Positions 13,549 through 33,050 of a DNA stretch of 64,000 bases are shown here, piece by piece (position 1 is the first letter of the stretch; each line of letters starts with the position of its first letter). The notes under the pieces were generated by a model. The model saw only the letters and a program-made list of their open reading frames with translations, did not search any database and was not told the DNA's origin. The translations under genes and the position numbers were made by a program. Source of the DNA: the human T2T-CHM13v2.0 reference genome, Homo sapiens; the NCBI RefSeq assembly GCF_009914755.1, contig NC_060927.1; one strand, given 5' to 3'.

Positions 13549-14120
13549 CCAAGTTTTATCCTTTTCTAAAACACCATCTTTGTGGCTAATATGGACTAGA
13601 ATATTCACTTGGTTTCAGAATAGTTAGCATATACTGTGTTCCTGTTTGTTGTGTTGCTTCAAGTAATTCCAAGTGAATCATATTTTATCATTATTCACTT
13701 GGAATTACTCTGTAGATGACTTAAAAAACAGCAGGTGATAATCTAGATTTAGGTTTTTGTTTGTGTTTATAATTTCTTTTGAAGGCCACACTTGGTCTTT
13801 AAACGCTTGCTAAGAAAGAAGCACACTGGCCATAATAATCAGTTACCCCAGAAAACATATTTTCTGATTGGCTTGTTTCTGATTAGTTTCTCTGCTCACT
13901 ACTGATCACGTTGAAGGACCTTTTTCTTCCTCTCTTTTAAGTTTATCAATAGTTTTAAGCCATGTTCCCAGCATACATTCATTTTGATGCCTACCTTACT
14001 CAAGAATAATATATGGTTAAAATATGAAGTGTAACTTTTGCTATCATATAGATAAGCAAGAACAAGTAATTCACTATTTGAAGGAGAGCTGGTTTTCATG
14101 TTTGTTTTAAAGTTGAGTTT

Positions 14121-14263
14121 GGCCAGGCCTGGTGGCTCACACCTGTAATCCCAGAACTTTGGGAGGTTAGGTGGGAGGATTGCTTCAGCCCAGGAGTTCG
14201 AGACTAGCCTGGCCAAGATGGCGAAACCCAGTCTCTGTTTAAAAAAAAAAAATGGAAAAAAAA
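14121..14263 (+). mobile_element. Alu monomer (FLAM-like)
   Basis: Single left arm plus A tail; TSD aaagttga(g/a)ttt. Confidence 0.88.
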
Positions 14264-14316
14264 GTTGAATTTACTTATGCTAGATTTGTATGTCAACATA
14301 AACTTAGTCTGAGCAT

Positions 14317-14615
<299 letters not shown>

Positions 14616-15388
14616 TGAGAATTTCTTAAAGTCTCCTTCTCTCCCTATGTTTTCCCTTTTTATCCCTCATAAATCCTTTCACGGTTTGGTTTTTTTATTT
14701 GGCCTCCTTTGTAGTTCCCACTTTCAGAATGTAGTATCTCTTACTTGTGCATTTATTTAACAAATAATAATTGGGATATAAAGCTACACTTTGAATAAGA
14801 CAAAGACATGTTTACATCCCAATCGAAGATACAGGTAATTTTTAGCGTTAAGTAAAGATGTTAATAATATATGTTATGGGGTAAAAGAACAAGATGCTAT
14901 GAGGAAACAATAAAGGAGATTTGTCAGTCACTAATCTCAAGAAAATATTTCCCTGAAGGGGGTGGTAAAGGAGCTAGCCATGCAAAAGAGCTGAATGAAG
15001 AACACGCCAGGCAGAGAGGATAGATAGTGCAAGGCCCTGAAACAGAAAAGAAGCCCCTTGGGTGTGTTCTGTCTGTATACCTATAAAAAGGGCTTTGATA
15101 GATTTCATTTCTATGTTTTGGTGGGTTTTTTTTTTTTTTAATGCCTTTAGAATGCTCATTTACTCTAAGGATTTTGTGAAATTCTTACTCTGATGTACTT
15201 AGTTTCTCTCTTCCTGATTTTTTCCTGTCTAGTTAGCAATACATGAGAACTATTAAGGTAGATAGATTACTTGATTGTTTTCCTAGTTTAAAGGGAGAAG
15301 GTATTACTGTAATGATAACACTTACTGTCTTATAACACTGAATGTTTTCCAATATGGTTAACACCCAATAATAATGTCACTTTTGCAG

Positions 15389-15601
15389 CTGGATTTTCGT
15401 ACACCCCCAGGTTTTGACCGAACACGTAATGCTGAGATTGGAAATAAGGACATTAAATTCAAACATTTGGAAGAAGCCTTTACATCAGAACACTGGCTTG
15501 TTAGGATATATAAAGTAAAAGCACCTGATAACAGGGAGACATTAGATCACAAACCTCGAGTCACCAACATTTTCCCAAAACAGAAGTATTTGTCAAAGAA
15601 G
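15389..15601 (+). CDS. STT3B: STT3B coding exon (213 bp; ~exon 15), [18 protein letters not shown]...KQKYLSKK
   Basis: ttttgcag/gtgggt boundaries; conserved [17 protein letters not shown]. Confidence 0.98.
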
Positions 15602-18437
15602 GTGGGTGCCAAGTGAAGGCATTAAAGGGTAACTTAAGGTGTGTTGGTTTGTATGAAAAAGAATTTCTGGAAATTGCAATAAATTTCCATCTGCCAGATT
15701 TATAAAGACTATGGCTTCTATATTAATACGAAGTAAATATCAGCCTAGCCTGCTAGGAGCATTCCTTTCAAACTGAGCACTTCAGATATCCCAAGCTGAG
15801 ATTTTTCCAGAGGCCTTCTGGCTTTGGTTTGTGCTATTGCCATTAGTAAGACTTACTTGTAAAGTAAGATGTAGCTGTGGCCATCGCTTTCCAAACCTGT
15901 ATGAAAGTAAAAATGCTAAATTCTCATCTTTTGAGCAGAGCAAATTTATATTGCATCTTCATGTTCCATTCTTAGTATGATGTTACTCTATTATTCATTG
16001 AATAAAGAATAGGTTTGGGTTGGGTGAGTCCTTCTGAAGCCCAAAAAAATCATTTATCTTAAGATAATTATTTTTTAATGTAATTGTGACAAAGCTTATA
16101 GGCAGGAATTATGAGACTACTGCAATTCTTTTCTAATATTATATAAGATATGAAGTATTTCATTGGGGGTCATTATTGCTCACTTAAGCCAAATAGATTA
16201 TAATTTTTGCTATAAAAGATGGCTAAAAATTAGTATTTATATAGGTTGTCCAGCAGTAGGAAATGGGAAGTAATGAACAGTCAGATAAAATGTTAAGGTT
16301 CATTATAAGGTACTATCCTTATAATACTGATTATTATTAGACTGACTTTGAATCTCATTTTTTAAGGATGCTTAGGTTTACATAGCTCAGATCAGCTATC
16401 TTATATCATTGAAACAACTGTCTTAACTCTTTGTTACTTAAAATATACATCAAATATATTCAAAATACAGATGATTTTAATTTGTACTATAAAAGTGCTG
16501 AATATTAACGGTGTGATATGTAAATGGAAGCTTTTTATATGAATATGTGCCAGATGTAAATTACCATGTCTAGACTAATGTATTTAAAAATGTCACATAG
16601 AGCTGACATTCATTGTGTTAGTCATATGAAACTCATTATCTTTAGGTAAAATAACATTAAAAAATCAGATGATTGTCACAGGCATGAGGTAGGAGAAACT
16701 GGTGAGCAGCAAATGCTGCTATTCTCAAAGCAGTTACTCCTAAGATATCCAAGTATAACTAAGGTGTACTTTTTCTGCAAAAAGAGGGCTGTTGAACTTG
16801 TTGTCTGATGATATAGACCCCAAAGGCAGTGAATTTTCTTCATTTGACCCCTTTTCTCTTCCCATCATTTTCCCCAAATAAATGTGAATGGATAAATAAA
16901 ACATAATCTGTCTTGTGTGCCCAAAACATATATTGTGGTGGCCAATAACATATTTTGACATTCTGGTTTCCATGGCTTTAGATGTTTTGTACTAACACTA
17001 TGAAGGAATGCTTTTTATACTTCCCTTTCTCTATCCTGGTTTTGACTTTGGAGGAGGAGGGTATACATAACAGCATCCATTCTGAGAGTTTACCAGCCAT
17101 CGCAAAGCCGGCATGACTAAGGCACTAGAAATTGTAGTCCAGGCTGCAGAAAAGGCTTTTTGGCACATGGTTCACTGCCAGTAGGAGAAAAGCACCCTGA
17201 GGGCTATTACACACTTGGATATTCCTGGGGCACATCATAAGATCTCATAGAAAAAGTATCCTGTTAGAATCTGGATGTAATTATAATAAAGAAACTACTA
17301 GATCTGGTTTGAATTTTTAAAAATTGTACCCTCTGAAGTTTCTTACTTTGTGCCTTAATAACATCAGTTTAACAATAAGGTAATATAATGGGGTTAACAA
17401 GTTAGCAGTAGCTAATTTTTAGTACCTTAAGAAGGATTGCATTTTGCCTTGTGTTCTCATCCCTGTTAGAAACTACTATAAATTATCTTGAATTGAACAT
17501 CATGGATAAAGGAACATGATGCAGGATTTACCCAGTTTCTGAAACCTCTGAGAGTTGTATTTAAATGTGAAAATTGAATTGAGTGGTCAGTCTCTTGAGT
17601 CTTCTGCCTCTGTTAACCCAGAGCTTTGATGGTGCATTAAATTACTTAGTTTCAAAAAATATTTGCTGTCTTCAATATCTAGGGCTGTGTGTCAGATTGA
17701 AAGACATATGTGCCTATAATTTATCCTGTGGGGTTCTAACATAAATATTTTAGCAGTAATTTGTACCACTGCATTTCCGGTAATTTGTTTCTAATACTAG
17801 GAAACGTCTATTGAAAGTATTTTAGTGGGATACTGAATTGTTAAGAAAAATATTTTATTTTTAAAAGATGTATGAAACTGAAGGAATATTGTTTTGCTTT
17901 ACATTTTCAATTGCTTATTTTCCTACCTAAAGGATTATTTTTAGAGAATGTGCCAAGTGATTATATCTCTCATTTTTGTAGATGGTTACAGTCATCCTCA
18001 TTTTACAGAAAACAGGGACTCTAAGAGTTACTAAGTTAACGTGTTTTTCTGGCACACACCTAATTTCCTGGAGGCTAAATCAGGAGCAGCATTACCATTT
18101 CTGATTCCTTAGTCTAGTGTTACATATTCTGTCTTGCCTGGAAATTTTAATAATTACAGCTCAGCACTTTGTGGTTGAGAAGAGGGCTGAAGATTCATTC
18201 ACTTGATGGTGAGGATGTCTAGGAACCTAGTCCTTTCACTTTGAATGTGTTAGTGTACTCAGGTAAGAAACACCACTAACAGTTTAGTGGTGTTCACTGA
18301 ACTATTCAAGGAATCCAGTCACAAGAAGAGCAGAGAGCTTACTAAGTCATCATAGTGCAGTAAACCATGTGTGTGTTTATAGATTTTTTAATCAGTAAGA
18401 AACCTGCATTAATACTATGTGTTTTGTTTTTTTATAG

Positions 18438-18518
18438 ACTACCAAAAGGAAGCGTGGCTACATTAAAAATAAGCTGGTTTTTAAGAAAGGCAAGAAAATA
18501 TCTAAGAAGACTGTTTAA
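18438..18518 (+). CDS. STT3B: STT3B terminal coding exon, TTKRKRGYIKNKLVFKKGKKISKKTV*
   Basis: Long poly-T acceptor ending tttatag; in-frame TAA at 18516-18518; basic tail ends in KKxx-like KKTV. Confidence 0.96.
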   Translation, partial: TTKRKRGYIKNKLVFKKGKKISKKTV

Positions 18519-20070
18519 ATGCACTGTTCTGGTTCCTAACTTGAAGCAGTTGTCCTTGTGAGAACCGGTCTTTGCCTTTAGCTCATGTCGTGTTTCACAG
18601 CAAAGAGGGTACAGAACCATCACTGGTCCAGGTTAATGTACAAAATTTTCTGGCAATGCCTGATTAAAAAAATAAAATTGGCTTGTTGAGAACAGCTGTT
18701 TTCGATTTCTAATGTGAAGCAAGACAGAGCACTGCTGTAAATGTCTAGCAGCAGATTTTTTTTTTATTGGTACATATTATCCTTCAAATCTGAGAATTTG
18801 GACTAACTGCACCAAAGAACCCTCTAATTTGGTCCCTGGCACATGCATACTTGTCAATGTTTTTATTCTTTTACAAGACCTGCATTTTATTTGAATTACC
18901 CGAATAGCAATATGTAAAATACAAGTGACAAAATGTGATGAGAGCTTCTTGAACCGGTAAACTAGTACAGGTCTGAGAAAGACATATTAGAAGAATCATT
19001 ATACTTCCTTGAATTATATTTATTTTCATGTTTCTCTAATGCAAAGAATGTTTCATCAAATGTATATTTTCTGTTGCTTACTGTTTGCTCTGAGAAGAAG
19101 CTGCTGTTTCAAAGATGGACCTCTGAGTAGCTAATTGATTCAAGTAGTTTTTTTATGTTGACACATTATTACTGCTGTTAGCAGTCGTTTTCACCAGGTA
19201 CTTACAGAGCAGATTTCATACATCATTCATTCAAGGGCTAAATTTATATTTTTTGGAAATCATGGCAACTACACAGGATGTTGCTTACCAGGACGGAGTT
19301 TTGGTATCTTAGTACTGAAGTTAGCACTATGTTTACATGCAAAAGATTAAGGAAAAAACCCTTAAAGTGGACAGGTATCCAAAGTTCATTTTCTGTGACT
19401 CATCAAAGTGACAAAAGACTTGTAACAACTTTGCCTGGACTTTTTTCATTTTACAACAGTTCATCCATTCACAATGATTTTGTTCTCTGCTCCATATTTT
19501 TTAATCCCTTAAGCATTTGATGAAACACTCTTTAGTGCTATATGCATTTTCTTACTTTTGTTAAAAATGTGACAATTGTCAAAAAATGCACTAAAATGTA
19601 AATGGAGATTGAACAAGTTCACTTTCCAGCTTATAGGCAACTTTATACAGACTTGAACATTTTCTCCAGTTGTTTAGTAAAAGTGAAAGAGAAAGGGTTT
19701 TTCCTGCCACAGGATATAACTTTTTTTTATATAACAAGCATAACACACCACTGCTTTTGGTGGAAAAGTGCAGAATAGTATGTACCTTTTATGAAGAAAA
19801 ATGTAATTTACAATATTCAGTGAGAATGTTACTGCTGATTTTCTTTTCCAAGGTGTAGAATATTCTTTGATTTATAGAATTCATTTTTGACCCAGATGAT
19901 GGTTCCTTTACAGAACAATAAAATGGCTGAACATTTTCACAAATAGAGTGTAACGAAGTCTGGATTTCTGATACCTTGTCATTTGGGGGATTTTATTTTA
20001 CTTTGTTGCTTTAAAATTCAATGCAGAGAAGTTGTTGACTGTAGGGGAAATAAAGTTAATTCAAATTTTG
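18519..20070 (+). other. STT3B: STT3B 3'UTR (end approximate)
   Basis: Repeat-free AT-rich stretch from the stop codon to AATAAA plus a GU-rich element. Confidence 0.8.
20049..20054 (+). terminator. Distal polyadenylation signal AATAAA of STT3B
   Basis: AATAAA followed ~15-35 nt later by GU/U-rich tgtgttaagtgttgtttttt; other AATAAA at 18671 and 19917. Confidence 0.75.
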
Positions 20071-20261
20071 TGTTAAGTGTTGTTTTTTACAAATCTTTTG
20101 GTTTTGAAAGGAATTGGTACTGAACACATACCTCCTTCTTCCTTGTTGACTTTCACAAAGGTTTTAAAGAAAATGTGTGGAAAAAAATACGTTAGATTAT
20201 TTCATCTTAGACCAAGCTATTTTATTTGGCCTTCTTTTACCCTGGAATGAAAATCTCAGGT

Positions 20262-20309
20262 TTTTTTGTTTTTGTTTTTGTTTTTGTTTTTTGTTTTTTG
20301 TTTTGTTTT
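20262..20309. repeat. (TTTTTG)n simple repeat
   Basis: Directly visible. Confidence 0.85.
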
Positions 20310-21341
20310 TGGAAGGGATTTGGGGAGGGGGAACACCTAGCCAACTAGGAATTTTATCTCTGTTTAATAAGGATAGGGACCTAACAAAACCATCCATGAA
20401 GTTCTGGTAATGAAATGTCAAGTCTCAGTATAGAATTTTCTCATTAGAAAAATCCCAAAGGAAAGACCCCTCACCTTTCTCAGGAAACAACATTTTGGTT
20501 CAGTGTATCTTGTCAGTAAAATACCATATTGTAACTGTTTGAGCACTTGTATTGTAGCACAAAAGTGAAATAGTAGTTTGAATACATTGGAATATAGGAT
20601 AATTGACTTAAAATATTCTTTAGATCTCTTAATTCATTTCATGTGTGATCACTAACATTGTACACCAAAGGAACTTAAAGATCGTGGCCTTGAAGTTTTA
20701 GACTATAAAACAGCTTTTAGGCTGTAGTGCTCTGTAGTATAAATAAGGCAGTGAGGCAGCAACTCCAAAGAAAATTCCCTTTCAAGACTTACATTGTAAC
20801 CTACTTGAGTTTATAGTTGTGGAGTTTTAATTCATTTGCATTCTAGGCCATGACCAAGTGACCAGAGGACTAAAATAGTATAAAAGCATCCTGTATTGAG
20901 TTTCCATAGCCAAGGGGGTGTAAGATCATGAAATTTGGAGCTGTTTCTCGTTTTTAAAAAATGAGTTGTAAAATACATATTAAATAAAATTTACCAACTT
21001 AACCATTTTGAAGTATACAGTTCAATAGTGAAGTACATTTACATTGTTGTGCTACCAGTCTCCAGAACTCTTTTCATCTTGCTGTAGCTGCTGCTGCTTA
21101 ATGCTGGTTTTGCCATGTTGCCCATAGTCCTTAATCGAGATAGGTGGAGTAATGTTGAGCTCAACAGCTGTCTGCCATGGAAATAGTAGGAAATTGAGAC
21201 AGACCAAAAACAGTAATGAAATGTCATGTCTTATTTTTATTGTGAAATGTAACACAAGAGAACACAAAAATGTACAGTTGACCCTTGAACAACATGAGTT
21301 GCACACATGGATTTTTTTTCAATAAATGTATTGAAAAATTT

Positions 21342-21706
<365 letters not shown>

Positions 21707-21787
21707 CTAGAAATATTTTAAAAGTTAAGAAAAAGCTATGTGATTAATGCACAAAGTATATAGATAACTACTTTTTTGCTGTTGATT

Positions 21788-22066
<279 letters not shown>

Positions 22067-22399
22067 TAGGTACTATTCTTTTATCATTTACTACCATAAA
22101 ATATATACAAGTCTATCATATGTTAAAATTTATGAAAACTTAAGCTCACTACATGGCGCCATTCACAGTTGAGAAATGTAAACCAATGTAAAGCCATATT
22201 AAATCATAACTGCATAAAATACTGTTCTATAATATAGCCATCTGTTGCTACTATGAGCTCAAGTGTTGCTAGTATCCACTTAAAACACCATGTGTGACAC
22301 TTATCACTGTTTTATAGCCTATTACTGGTTATGTTTTGGGGGACTCAAAAGTTTTATGTGAATTTTTGATTGGCAGTCATTGTTCAGGGGTCACCTTAG

Positions 22400-26400
<4,001 letters not shown>

Positions 26401-26447
26401 GTATGAGTCAGTTTAGGCCTAAGGTGGTGGTTTACTTCACAGGAATT

Positions 26448-26605
26448 TTTATTTATTTATTTATTTATTTTGAGTCAGGGTCTGTCACTCAGGCTGGAAT
26501 GCAGTGGTTTGACACTATAGCCTCAAACTCCTACATTTCAATGATCCTTCCATCTCAGCCTCCTGAGTAGCTTGGATTACAGGTATGAGCCACCATGTTC
26601 AGCCC
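26448..26605 (-). mobile_element. Alu monomer with (TTTA)n tail
   Basis: Partial reverse Alu. Confidence 0.8.
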
Positions 26606-27181
26606 ATGCTTTACAGATTTTCTTTTGTTTTTGCCGGGTACCTAGGGGAACTAATAAACCAGAAACACCTTAATTCAATTTATGAAGGGATTAATATTAT
26701 ATAGGAAGCTAGCCTGCCATCCCCATAAGGGCTAGTTCATTATTTTCAGGCTGAAATTCTCTGAGGATTTCACCCAAGCAGATAGGAATATTTGTCCCCA
26801 TAGTCCTACAAAGTCATTAAAAGTGGTATTCAACTCTGTCAATTTCCCAAGGGAAAATGGCCCCAAATGCCAAGCTTGCCTCAGAACTTGTCTTCTTGAT
26901 TCTGGCCTGCTAATACTGTTTTGGTTCTGTTAAGTCTTGAAGCGGATATTGTTCAGCTTTTCTAATTGTTGTTAGCTGGGTAGTTGGTTAAAACTCCCTA
27001 TTATTAGACATCCCTATTATTAAAATTGGAATTTAGCAATAAAATAATCTGTGATCCTTTGAATCACAGAACATATCTAATATTTAATGTTTCTTACATC
27101 TTCCCCACTATCTGTATAGTAACTAGACATTGCCAGTTCTAAGTGCCACCCAGAGACAGTCACAATCTCAATTTTACTTAG

Positions 27182-27766
<585 letters not shown>

Positions 27767-27795
27767 TCTATTTCTAAATCTTAAAAATAGCCTTA

Positions 27796-27922
27796 GCCAG
27801 GCATGGTGGCATGTGCCTGTAATCCTAGCTACTCAGGAGGCTAAGCTGGCAAGATTGCTTGAGCCCAGGACTTTAAGGTTGCAGTGAGCTATGATCACGC
27901 TACTGCACTCCAGCTTGGGGAC
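27796..27922 (+). mobile_element. Alu monomer fragment
   Basis: Right-arm-like Alu sequence. Confidence 0.8.
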
Positions 27923-29389
27923 ACTGATTAAAATATCAAGTGTCTCCTATGAAACTGGCTTCAGTGAAAAGTGGAGCTAGTAAGACGAAAACTAAAGAAA
28001 GATCAAATGGCAGCCAGAGTGACTAATAACAGTATGTTCTCATAATCTCAGCATACTTAGTTGTTGAAACAAGCTAGATAGATAGATGATATATCATGTG
28101 TTCTTCCTTCCATAGACTAAGATTTACATGGACCAGAGCCCAGTCTGTATCCTGCTGAAGGAAATTTTTAAAAATGCTTTGATGGACTTAACTATTAATG
28201 AGAAAACTTCACTAACAAACATTCAAGAACGTGGGGACTAGTGTAGCTCTGTTACCTCCCTTTCCCCAAGGGAATATAAAAAGTAAAATAGAGACCTGTC
28301 AGTGGGCAAACCTAGTTCATATCTCCTTTTTCTAATATCAAGTTATCTCACATTTAGATCTATACTGTATTTTGAGTTGTTTTTGTATATGACTTTGAGG
28401 TGTTAGGGTTTTTTAATTCATTTGATCCAATGCCATTTGTTGAAAAGAGTGTTTGTTTTCCTCATTTAATTGGCACCTTTGTAGAAATCTGTTTAAAATG
28501 TTGGTTTATTTCTGGATTCTCTATTCTGTTCTATTGATATGTACGTGTCTTCTTACACCAATAGTGTACCATCTTGATTACTGTAGGTTTACCATAAGTT
28601 TGAAGTCTGGTAATGCAAGTTCTGTGCCTTTGTTCAATGGCCCCTTTAATTACCCTGGGACCACAGGCATGTACTGGATATCTTGGGCAAATGAAGATAT
28701 ATTGTCACCCAACCTGTAACTGACACAGGACTAATATCCAGAATATATAAAGAACTCTTAGGAAAACAAAATATTTTTATTAGCCCTTAACAGAAGAAAA
28801 ACCCAAATGGCAAATAAATACATGAAAATGAACATACTGTCCACCAGATTGGCTAATTGGAGAAGGTATGCATAAATGAGCTCCCATATATTGCTGGTAA
28901 AAACCACTATGGAAAACTTTGGCATTAGTTAGTGCAACTGACAATATACATATTCCTATATCCAGCCATTCTAAATCTTAAACATAAATAGACAAGTTGA
29001 CAGCAGTATATTCATAAAAAGAAATACAAGGAGAAAAGATACCTTTATATGGAAAAAACATTGGTAAAAACATTAAAGAATCAGACAAAAGGATATGTAA
29101 CATACGTTTCTGTTTATAGTTCCCAAACAGGCAAGATTATTATATTTTGTTTAGGGATGTATACATAACTGTTAAAGTATAAAGCAAAGCAAAGACATCA
29201 TTGCCCACAAAGTTAAAATAATGGTCAGCTTTGGGAAGGGAGGGCGAGGGATATCAGTGATTTGGTAAGCAGGGAACTTACTAAGTTTTACAAATGTTCT
29301 GTTTTTTGAGTTGCATTATGATTACATGTGTCTGTTGTAAAATAACTTGTTATGCTGTACATTTTATTTTTGCACTGTGCTTGGACTAT

Positions 29390-30270
29390 ACAGCAGCAAG
29401 AAGAATAGGCAGCTACATGTCTTCATTCCCCATGGAAAGATTACAAGTAGAGACTGACTAAAGAAAACTTTATGGGAACTCTGAAAGGCAAAGGTCTACA
29501 AGAACCAAGCTAATGCCCAATCAAGGAAAAGTCACATTCAAAATGGTAAGAAATTTTGTGGTAGTTTTACTCAGGCTTGCCCCACCCTCTCCACAGTGTG
29601 GTAGTGTTGGGAGGAAGCAGCAGCCCAGGTACCAGTGACCTCCCTCAAGTAGGAGGGAGCAGGACAGATCTTATTTGCAACATTTTGGGGGCTGCTGAAG
29701 AACTGGTCTCTGTTTTGCCTAACTTGGAGCTTGGATGAGGAAAAGTGGTATACTTAGAGCGCAGCCTTGGAAAAGCCATAGAAAGTGGTGGGTAACTGAA
29801 AGCTGCAGGACTGCAGACCTATGGACTAGAACAAGGTACAGGAAGACTCTTTGGAAAAGTAAAAAATTTAAAAGCGTGGTGTAACAGAATAAAAACAAAT
29901 ACACACAGGGCCTCAGGCAAGACCCTTACCAAGCAAAGTCCTGGAGGGTCTTTGGGGCTTCATCGTGGGATGATGCTAAAGGTCAGAACACATCTTACTA
30001 GTGAGTGGAGGTCCCTCCTGGCATGGAGCCAGTCTGCAAAGACTGGGAAACTTGGCTGTTTTTCAGATGTCCAGTTTTCAACAAAAGATCACAAGGCATA
30101 CAAAGAACAAAACATGGTCTATTCATAGGAAAAAATGTGCAGAAACTGTCCCTTAACCTAAAGCATCAGATGTACTAAAGACTTCAAAATACACTCAAAG
30201 AACTAAAGGAGAACACAGAAAAACCAAACAAAATTGGAAATCAACTAAGAAATTATTTTAAGCACCAAAT
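29390..30270 (+). mobile_element. Outer old L1M, 5' region and start of ORF1
   Basis: L1M 5'-like sequence then A-rich ORF1 start; continues after 37412. Confidence 0.55.
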
Positions 30271-32733
30271 TCCAACAGGCACTTCAGGACAGCTGACTAG
30301 AAGCATTTAGTAGTTGCCGCCTCCACCAAGAAGAACCACAGTGGTGAGTAGATAATCACACTTCAAATAGATCATCCAAGAGAGAATACTGGAAGTCAAC
30401 AGCAAAGGGATAGGAAATACTTAAGAAGGAAGTGGGAACGCCTGCCTGTCCAGGAATGTCTAGCAGTCAAAAGGGACTCCCCAGTACAGGGAAAAGGTAA
30501 GTGACAGACCATCAGCAGTCCACATTTCTACCATGGACTCCTGCAACCCTACCATGGGAGAGCCCCTTGATCGTCACAGGCCCTGAAATTAACATAGGGA
30601 GCTGCCAGGAGATTATACTATGGCACTGCTTCAGGGAGGAAGCTCACACTGGGTTTCACACACACCTTAAGACGTAAGCAGCTAAAGCAAGGCACTGTCT
30701 TAGAGCCTCCCAACAGTAGACCATGTATGTTCTGGAACCCAGCAATGCCAGGGCTTGAGGCACAAGAGAAGTATGGCTGCTGCTTCTAGGGTTTAGGCAT
30801 GAGCAACCTTGGGCAGTCATACCAGGTCTGAGGCATGGGTGAGGCACAGGCTACCCCAGCATAAGCTATTGCATGAGTGATACACGTGTTCCCCATCTGC
30901 TGGCCTAGGCTGCCCACCACTGAAGGCTGCTGCCACCTACCACCAAAGCATTCCACAGGTGGCTGGCAAGCATACTCCTGCCTACCATGGTTGGCACCTG
31001 AACTCACCACCAGGCAGCCTGAAGACAAGCCCACCTGGCCTGGCTTCACCTCCCCCTGACCCTGTGCCACAGCGTCACAGTACACAATCCAAGGACCAAA
31101 GGATTGCTTAGTACACTCCACCCCCATTGGCACCTGAACACTCCTGCAAGGGGCCTGAGGTTGGGCCTACCCACCAGGCCACTACCAGCACTGATGCACA
31201 CCACTTGGACCCAGATTGTTGTCCTACCACTATTCCCGTCATTGCCCATGCCATGCCAGCCACCCAGGGGACCAAGAACCTGCCTGACTGACTCATTGCT
31301 GCCACTATTAGCGCTTGAGTAAGCCACCTGGAGGCCCAAGAATTAGCCTGCATGGACCCACTAACACCAGTGCCAGCTTCCCTTGCCTTGAGCCAAGTGC
31401 AGACACAGCCCACTGTTGCCAGTAATGGAGCCAAAAGACTAACCAACATGGCATACCAGGCCCCAGCAAAACATCACCAAAGCCTCCACTAATAACCTCA
31501 CTCTAAGCCACCAAGGAAATCACAGATACCATTGACTCCATTTACTACTGAATAAATGATACAGTATGCTACTGCGTACACCCAGAATCAAAGGGAAAGT
31601 GTCCTACCCAACCAGCATCATAGACACACCTTCAGGAAAAAGTCCTCTACAAAAGCAAAGTCAAAAATTTGGAAGAAGCAACTGTTATACCGATGTATAG
31701 ATATCAACATAGGAACAAAGAAAACATGAAAAGTCAAGGAAATTTGACAGCTCTAAAGGAACACTAATTCTGCAATAACAGATTCCAATCAAAAATTCAT
31801 AAAATCCAGGGGAAAAACTGATTCTAAAGCAGCTCAGTGAGATACACAAAAACTCTTAAAAAAAAAAAACCAAAAATGTAAAGATATGAATGAGAAATTT
31901 ACCACACAGATCGATGATATCATAAAAAAGAAAAAAGCCAATTCTGGAATACAAGAATTCATTGGATGAAATACAAAATACATCCAAAATCTTAAACAAC
32001 CAATTAGGTCAAGCAGAAGAAATAATCTCAGAACTTGAAGACAAGTCTTTTGAAATAACTCAGGCAAAAATAGAAAATAAAAAGTAATGAGCAAAAACTT
32101 CATGACATATGGGACAACACAAAGCAATGAAATACTTGAATTATCAGGGTCCCAGAAGGCAAAGAGGGGAGAACTTTTCTAGTCTAGCAAGAGATTTAGA
32201 TATCCAGATACAGGAGATTCAGAGATCCCTAAACAGATAACAGTGCAAAAAGGTCCTCTCCATAGCACATTATAGTCAAACTCAAAAGTCAAAGACAAGG
32301 AGAGAATTCTAAAAACAAGAGAAAAGTGTCTAGTACCTATAAAGGAACTCCCATCAGAATAACAGCAGACTTCTCAGCAGAAATGTTACATGCCAAGAGA
32401 GAATAGGATGATGATATATTCAAAATGCTGACAGAAAAAAAAAAGCCCTGACAGCCAAAGATACTATATCCAGAAAAATTATCCTTGCTAAATAAAGGAA
32501 AAATAAAATATTTCCTAGACAAGCAAAAGCTGAGAGAATCACCACTACACCAGCCTTACAGAAAGGCTCAAGAGAATCTTAAACGTGGAAGGGAACAGAT
32601 GCCATTTACCATCATGAAAACAGGAAAGTAAAAAACTCACTGGAAAAGCAAATGCACAAGTGAAAAGAACAAACTCACATGGTACCACTACAGAAAACCA
32701 CCAAACCACAATTACAATAAGAGAAAAAGAACA

Positions 32734-33050
<317 letters not shown>

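Noticed and set aside
19278-19520. 80-aa ATG ORF in the STT3B 3'UTR
   Set aside because: No recognisable homology or coding signature; the length is compatible with chance. It would need Ribo-seq evidence.
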